Part shown: piece after piece, positions 58,409 through 64,000 of the stretch | Numbering within the stretch: the stretch's first letter is position 1 | How the letters are laid out: every line of letters begins with the position of its first letter | Source: Patescibacteria group bacterium | Lineage (GTDB): Bacteria > Patescibacteriota > Patescibacteriia > JACRDY01 | DNA: 64,000 bases | Assembly (NCBI GenBank): GCA_041653535.1 | Contig: JBAZFH010000001.1 | Location: forward strand, 214,175 to 278,174 | Direction of reading: 5' to 3' | Position numbers and translations under genes: made by a program | The notes under the pieces: generated by a model | What the model was told of the DNA's origin: nothing | Database searches by the model: none | What the model saw: only the letters and a program-made list of their open reading frames with translations

Positions 58409-58981
58409 ATGGATAATCTGTACAAAATGGTGGAAAAATTTGTCGTTGATTCGTTTGTTAGTCGAGGTATGGCTGGTGACTTGGTTTATTTGCAAGATAC
58501 GGCGGTTCAACTAAAAAGAATATACCCGGAGGCAGATGAAATATTGCTTTCGGCGGCGGTTGCTCGTGACATTGAACGTTGCTTTCGCCAACCAGATGTT
58601 CAAAAAATAAAAGTAGAAAGAGGGTTGTTGGATGAAGAATTTTTGACATTGCATCAAAATCGAGGGGCAGAAATAATTAAAAATTTTTTGGAGTCACAAA
58701 AAGTCGATCCCTTAGTTATTGATCGAATAACTGATTTGATTGCTAATCATGAAGTGGGTGGAGACAAAGAAAAGGATTTGCTTAAAGACGCCGATTGTTT
58801 GAGTTTTTTTGAGAAAAATATTGATCATTTTTTGAAAGTTGTTGTTCTTGAGCTTGGTTTTGATAAAGTTAAGGAAAAGTTTGATTGGATGTATAGTCGT
58901 ATTACTACTCCGGAGGCCAAAGGCATTACCAAACCTTTGTATGAAGAAGCAATAAAAAAACTACTAACTACTAGTCACTAG
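58409..58981 (+). CDS. HD-like (DUF4202-type) domain protein with degenerate HD motif
   Basis: ARDIER (usually HDIER), H...GA.I, HE, LKDADCLSFF. Confidence 0.65.
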   Translation: MDNLYKMVEKFVVDSFVSRGMAGDLVYLQDTAVQLKRIYPEADEILLSAAVARDIERCFRQPDVQKIKVERGLLDEEFLTLHQNRGAEIIKNFLESQKVDPLVIDRITDLIANHEVGGDKEKDLLKDADCLSFFEKNIDHFLKVVVLELGFDKVKEKFDWMYSRITTPEAKGITKPLYEEAIKKLLTTSH

Positions 58982-58993
58982 ATACTAGCTACT

Positions 58994-60700
58994 ATGTATA
59001 TCAAAATCAACGGAAAAAAAGTTTCGGCTAAACCTGAGCAAACAATATTGGAGGCGGCGCACGGCATTGTTGCTATTCCGACACTTTGCCACCATCCGGA
59101 TTTAAAAGTAAAAGCCAACTGCCGTGTTTGTTTGGTTGAACTAAAAAACGGTAAGCTAGTTACGGCTTGCTCAACTAAGGTTAAAGACGGCATGGAGGTT
59201 TTTACTGATACGGAAAAAGTAAAACGAGCGCGCAAAATAAATCTAGAAATGATATTTGCCGAGCATGAGGAGAAGTGCCCGGAGTGTATTTGGGATAAAA
59301 ATTGTTCTCTGCAGGATTACGCCAAAAAATACCAAGGCAAAATCACTCGATTTAAGGATCGCAAAAAAAATCGCAATATTTTTGGTTTTAGTAATACAAT
59401 TCTTTTTGATCAAACTAAATGTATCGATTGTAATAATTGCATTGAAGTTTGCCACAAACAAGAAGTGCATTTTTATGACAAAGCCGGCAAAGGTGCCGAC
59501 AGTATTGTACTACCAACCAAAAATAAAAAATATGATTGTACTACTTGCGGTCAATGTATAACGCATTGTCCTGTTGGCGCGATTCAAGGTAATCCGCATT
59601 GGCCGGAAGTGGAAGCAAGTCTTAAAGATAAGAAAAAAATTGTCGTCGCTCAAGTGGCACCTTCGGTTCGCGCTTCGATTGGCGAAGAGTTTGGCTACGA
59701 ACCAGGCACGGTGGTAACAGGAGAGTTAGTATCGGCTCTCAAAAAGCTTGGTTTTGACTATGTTTTTGATACTAATTTTGGCGCTGATATTACTACTTTT
59801 GAAGAAGCAGGGGAATGTTTTGAGTGTTTGGGTAAAGGTAAAATGGTTACCACTTCTTGCTGTCCGGCGTGGGTGAAATTTGTCGAGTTTAACTATCCGG
59901 AATTTGTCGGCAATATTTCTACCACTAAATCGCCGCAGCAATGTTTGGGAGTGGCGGTTAAAACTTATTTTGCCGAGAAGATGAAGATTGATCCTAGAAA
60001 AATTAAAGTGGTTTCGATTATGCCCTGTGTTGCCAAAAAGTTTGAAGCCGATCGTCCAGAATTAGAATACAATAATATGAAAATGGTTGATTATGTTTTG
60101 ACTACTCGCGAAGTGGCTCACATGATGCGGCGAGCCAAGATAGATTTTACCAAAATGAAACCGCAAAAATTTGACGATCCGCTCGGACAATCCAGCGGCG
60201 CCGCGGCAATTTACGGCGTATCTGGCGGCGTGATGGAGTCGGCTCTGCGTACGGCGCTTGATTATTACGCTGGTCAGAAATTAAAATCAATTGATTTTAA
60301 ACAGATAAGGGGATTAGAGGGTACTAAAAAAGCCGAGATCATGGTTAAAGGTAAAAAGGTGAAAATAATTGTTACCAGCGGACTAGGCAATGCTAAAAAG
60401 GTTATGGATTTAATCAAAGCTGGCAAGGAAAATCCCCATTTCCTAGAAGTAATGGCGTGTCCCGGTGGTTGTATTAATGGCGGCGGTCAGCCAGTGCCGA
60501 CTAACGCGCAGATTAGAGCCAAGCGCGCTGCGCCACTTTATGTCCTTGATAAGAAATCAAAGTTCCGCAAAGCGCACGACAATCCTGGATTAAAAAAACT
60601 TTATAAAGAATATATTGATAAACATCCTGATCTACATCACGAAATGTTTCACACTTCCAATTATCGACAGAAACGTTGGGGGGCGAGGAGACTTAATTAA
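58994..60700 (+). CDS. hydA: [FeFe]-hydrogenase catalytic subunit (group A; 2Fe-2S, His-ligated 4Fe-4S and 2x4Fe-4S N-terminal domains)
   Basis: H-cluster motifs TSCCPAW, MPCVAKKFE, EVMACPGGCINGGGQP all intact. Confidence 0.95.
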   Translation: MYIKINGKKVSAKPEQTILEAAHGIVAIPTLCHHPDLKVKANCRVCLVELKNGKLVTACSTKVKDGMEVFTDTEKVKRARKINLEMIFAEHEEKCPECIWDKNCSLQDYAKKYQGKITRFKDRKKNRNIFGFSNTILFDQTKCIDCNNCIEVCHKQEVHFYDKAGKGADSIVLPTKNKKYDCTTCGQCITHCPVGAIQGNPHWPEVEASLKDKKKIVVAQVAPSVRASIGEEFGYEPGTVVTGELVSALKKLGFDYVFDTNFGADITTFEEAGECFECLGKGKMVTTSCCPAWVKFVEFNYPEFVGNISTTKSPQQCLGVAVKTYFAEKMKIDPRKIKVVSIMPCVAKKFEADRPELEYNNMKMVDYVLTTREVAHMMRRAKIDFTKMKPQKFDDPLGQSSGAAAIYGVSGGVMESALRTALDYYAGQKLKSIDFKQIRGLEGTKKAEIMVKGKKVKIIVTSGLGNAKKVMDLIKAGKENPHFLEVMACPGGCINGGGQPVPTNAQIRAKRAAPLYVLDKKSKFRKAHDNPGLKKLYKEYIDKHPDLHHEMFHTSNYRQKRWGARRLN

Positions 60701-60721
60701 TAATTAATAATTATTAATTCT

Positions 60722-61237
60722 ATGTCCAAAACCGTCGCATCAACCATTACTAAAGTGCAAAGCGTTGCTATGGTTAAGTTCTTAGCTCTTTTGGGTATTG
60801 CGACATTTGTCCCGATGTTTGTTCATCTGCAATGGTTGACCGGACCGCTGGTTAACGCTATTTTGATTATTACGGTTGTTGTTGTCGGTGTCCGCGAGGC
60901 TTTGCTAATTGCCTTGATTCCGAGCTCTATTGCCTTGGCTTACGGATTATTACCCTTACCACTCGCGCCAATGATACCGTTTATTATGATCAGTAACGCG
61001 TTTCTAGTTTGGTTTTTTGATGTATTACGCGATCGTGGTTATTGGCTAGCAGTGGTTGTCGCCGCGCTTATCAAGTTTGTTTGGTTGTATGCTATAGTTC
61101 ATCTGTTGATGAAGTCTATCCTTGCCGGGAGTTTGTTTAATAGTCTGGCGATACTGATGAGTTGGCCGCAGCTAGTTACAGCCTTGATTGGTGGAGTGCT
61201 GGCCTGGATATTTTTGAAGTGGTTAAAATTTGTTTAG
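60722..61237 (+). CDS. ECF transporter S-component-like membrane protein
   Basis: QWLTGPLVNAIL, PMIPFIMISN, SWPQLVTALIGG. Confidence 0.7.
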   Translation: MSKTVASTITKVQSVAMVKFLALLGIATFVPMFVHLQWLTGPLVNAILIITVVVVGVREALLIALIPSSIALAYGLLPLPLAPMIPFIMISNAFLVWFFDVLRDRGYWLAVVVAALIKFVWLYAIVHLLMKSILAGSLFNSLAILMSWPQLVTALIGGVLAWIFLKWLKFV

Positions 61238-61340
61238 GAGTTGAGAAATAAAGAAATTAAGAAATAGTATCGATTCCATATTCTTAATTCTTGTCTCCAA
61301 TTTTCAATTTCCTCATTTCTTAATTTCTAATCTTTGTCTT

Positions 61341-61793
61341 ATGCCAGAAGAAATAAAAAAGAAAGTCGGCGTTGGTGTCGGTGTCATGGTTTTACGTGAC
61401 AGTCGGATTCTGCTTGGTAAACGTCATGCTGATCCGGCCAAAGCCGACTCGGAGCTGCATGGAGAATCTAGCTGGACTATGCCTGGCGGCAAAATGGATT
61501 TTGGCGAGACGCCGGAAACTACTGCGACCAGAGAGCTGAAAGAAGAAACTAGTCTAGAGGCGACGGGTTTGAAAGTTATTTGTGTTTCCAATGACAAAGT
61601 GACAGACGCTCATTTCGTTACCATTGGTTTGCTATGTGAAGATTTTACCGGCGAAGTGCAGATAATGGAACCGGATGAAATAACCGAGTGGCGTTGGTTT
61701 GATTTAAACGGTTTGCCGGAACCAATATTTTTTCCCAGCGCCAGAGTGCTTAGAAACTATTTGGACAAAACATTTTATCAAAGCTTTAATTAA
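61341..61793 (+). CDS. NUDIX hydrolase
   Basis: VGVGV, PGGKMDFGETPETTATRELKEETSL. Confidence 0.92.
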   Translation: MPEEIKKKVGVGVGVMVLRDSRILLGKRHADPAKADSELHGESSWTMPGGKMDFGETPETTATRELKEETSLEATGLKVICVSNDKVTDAHFVTIGLLCEDFTGEVQIMEPDEITEWRWFDLNGLPEPIFFPSARVLRNYLDKTFYQSFN

Positions 61794-61813
61794 TAAATAA
61801 TACTAAAAAATTT

Positions 61814-62608
61814 ATGCACGAAGAATGCGGTAAGGATTGCTGCTGCGACCACTATCATGGCGCTTCAGGAGTCCTGTTTAAAATCATACTGGTGATTGTA
61901 ATTGTCGCCGGTATTTTGCTCATTCGTAACTGGTACAAGAGTTATGATTACATTGGTCAGGCTCAGACTCGCGACACTATAGCGATTCAGGGCATGGGAA
62001 AAGTAGTAGTTGTTCCTGATATTGCTACCTTTAACATTGGTTTGGTTACCAATCGTTTGACTGTCGCTGCAGCACAAAAAGAGAATACTGATAAAATGAA
62101 CAACATTACCAAAGCGCTTAAAGATTTGGGGATTGACGACAAAGATATTAAGACCAGCAATTATAATATTTCTCCGGATTATCGTTGGGACGGTAATAGG
62201 AGTACGCTTGCCGGTTATATTGTTAACCAAAGCGTAACTGTTAAAGTTCGTGATTTGGAAAAAGTCGGTGACATTTTTGCCAAAGCAGGAGAGCTGGGTG
62301 CTAATGACGTTAGCGGTTTACAGTTTACTGTTGACGATCAGGAAGAATTTAAAGCCCAGGCTCGTTCTAAAGCTTTAAACAACGCCAAGGTAAAAGCCGA
62401 GGCTTTAGCCAAAGATTTGGGAATCAAGCTAGGCAAAGTGGTTAATTTTTCTGAAAGTTTCGGTGGCGGACAGCCGACTCCGTATTATGGAATCGGCGGC
62501 AGTGTAGAAATGATGAAGTCGTTGTCTTCGGTAGCGCCAGCACCAGACGTACAGGTGGGTAGCACTGAAATACAAGACGACGTGACAGTGATGTACGAAG
62601 TTCTGTAA
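61814..62608 (+). CDS. SIMPL (DUF541) domain protein
   Basis: G.GKV.VVPDIA, LGIDDKDIKTSNYNISPDY, A..KAEALA. Confidence 0.9.
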   Translation: MHEECGKDCCCDHYHGASGVLFKIILVIVIVAGILLIRNWYKSYDYIGQAQTRDTIAIQGMGKVVVVPDIATFNIGLVTNRLTVAAAQKENTDKMNNITKALKDLGIDDKDIKTSNYNISPDYRWDGNRSTLAGYIVNQSVTVKVRDLEKVGDIFAKAGELGANDVSGLQFTVDDQEEFKAQARSKALNNAKVKAEALAKDLGIKLGKVVNFSESFGGGQPTPYYGIGGSVEMMKSLSSVAPAPDVQVGSTEIQDDVTVMYEVL

Positions 62609-62801
62609 AAAAGAGACGGAGATTTAGAATCTAGGATTTAGAATATGGAAAGGCCCTGATAAAAAAATCAGGGCTTTTTTATTAGATCAATATTGTGGTA
62701 TAATATCGCTATAAAATAAAAAAATAAAAACAGGTGATTGGTTGCAGTTTTCGGTGAAATTTTTGACCGAAAGCCGACAGCTGAAAGCCAGCAGCTATTT
62801 T

Positions 62802-64000
62802 ATGAAAATCAAGCAAATTAAAGCTCGGGAAATATTGGATTCAAGAGGTAATCCGACTATTGAAGTTGAAGTAACTTTACGTCGAGGGATTAAGGCCAAG
62901 GCGTCTGTACCATCCGGTGCCTCAACCGGTGTGCACGAAGCTTGGGAGTTACGCGATGGTGATAAAAACCGCTATGGCGGTAAAGGGGTTTTACAAGCAG
63001 TTAAAAACGTAAATGAAAAAATAGCTCCGATGTTGATTGGCAAGAAGGCTAATAAGCAAAGAAAGATTGATGAGATGATGCTGCGTCTTGATGGCATGAA
63101 AAATAAAGCCAATTTGGGCGCCAATGCCATACTCGGGGTTTCTCTAGCTTGTGCGCGAGCCGCCGCAGCGTACAAGGGCGTGCCACTTTATAAATATTTG
63201 CGATCTATCTATAGTGTTAAATTGAATGACTACAAATTGCCGGTGCCGTTGATGAACATTATCAATGGCGGTAAACACGCTGATAGTAAACTTAATTTTC
63301 AGGAGTTTATTATTGTGCCAAAGGGAATCGGTAGGTTTTCGGAAAAGTTGCGAGCCGGGGCTGAAATTTTCGCGGTGCTAAAAAAAGTTTTGAAAGACAA
63401 GGGTTTTAATACTAATGTTGGTGATGAAGGCGGTTATGCGCCGGCCATGACCTCGGTGGAAGAAGCCGTACTTTGTATCTTGGAAGCGATAAAGAAAGCT
63501 GGTTATAACTCCAAGGGCAAAAAACAGATATTTTTGGGAGCCGACATAGCAGCTTCTGAGTTTTATGACAAAAAATCAAAAAAATATGTTTGGAACGAAG
63601 GCGAATTTTCTAGCACCCAGATGGTTGATTTTTTCCAAAGCTGGATAACTAAGTATCCTTTTATTTCTTTGGAAGATCCGCTTGATCAGGACGATTGGTC
63701 TGGTTGGCAAGAAATGACCAAGAAGATTGGTAAAAAAATTACCTTGATCGGCGACGACCTGTTTGTTACTAGTACGGCGCGTTTGCAGCAAGGACTCGAT
63801 CAAAAAGTAGCTAATGCGATTTTGATAAAAATAAATCAGATTGGCAGCCTGACCGAAACGCTTGATTGTATCGCCTTGGCTAAACGCAACGGTTATGCTA
63901 CGGCTATCTCTCACCGTTCCGGCGAGACCAATGATGATTTTATTGCCGATTTAGCTGTCGCGGTTAATTCTGATTTTATAAAAACTGGTTCGCTTAGTCG
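62802..64000 (+). CDS. eno: Enolase (runs off window end)
   Basis: Manual translation from 62802: [40 protein letters not shown]. Confidence 0.97.
   Translation, partial: MKIKQIKAREILDSRGNPTIEVEVTLRRGIKAKASVPSGASTGVHEAWELRDGDKNRYGGKGVLQAVKNVNEKIAPMLIGKKANKQRKIDEMMLRLDGMKNKANLGANAILGVSLACARAAAAYKGVPLYKYLRSIYSVKLNDYKLPVPLMNIINGGKHADSKLNFQEFIIVPKGIGRFSEKLRAGAEIFAVLKKVLKDKGFNTNVGDEGGYAPAMTSVEEAVLCILEAIKKAGYNSKGKKQIFLGADIAASEFYDKKSKKYVWNEGEFSSTQMVDFFQSWITKYPFISLEDPLDQDDWSGWQEMTKKIGKKITLIGDDLFVTSTARLQQGLDQKVANAILIKINQIGSLTETLDCIALAKRNGYATAISHRSGETNDDFIADLAVAVNSDFIKTGSLS

Noticed and set aside
1-64000. Alternative genetic code (UGA=Gly, code 25)
   Set aside because: TGA terminates full-length genes (hutH, hisS2, DUF559) and conserved genes are uninterrupted under code 11.

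Overview
Chromosomal window from an AT-rich bacterium using genetic code 11. Gene content (pilT, pilin-like gene, mostly SD-less core genes, fermentative gap/eno, DUF5666-type secreted proteins) suggests Patescibacteria/CPR, which is an inference. Core genes: rplA(partial)-rplK-nusG-secE, pilT, class B PBP, murF, uvrB/uvrA/uvrC, rlmH, rlmN, rpsB-tsf, gap, eno(partial). Accessory content: (1) a tRNA-Glu(CTC) preceded by two 326-bp units of [tRNA 5' half with a palindromic insert + small GIY-YIG nuclease]; (2) a repeat-flanked metal/redox island; (3) a radical SAM/NUDIX/nucleotidyltransferase cassette abutting a headless ndk; (4) a histidine locus with hutH, two full-length hisS genes and a non-canonical tRNA-His (A73, no encoded G-1); (5) an [FeFe]-hydrogenase with a minimal NuoF-like partner. 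The most pervasive unexplained signal is a family of degenerate 7-nt tandem repeats at gene junctions, often as complementary pairs. One pair loops out an antisense four-helix-bundle gene between uvrB and uvrA, while others look like empty sites. All calls come from reading motifs by eye; no database searches were run.
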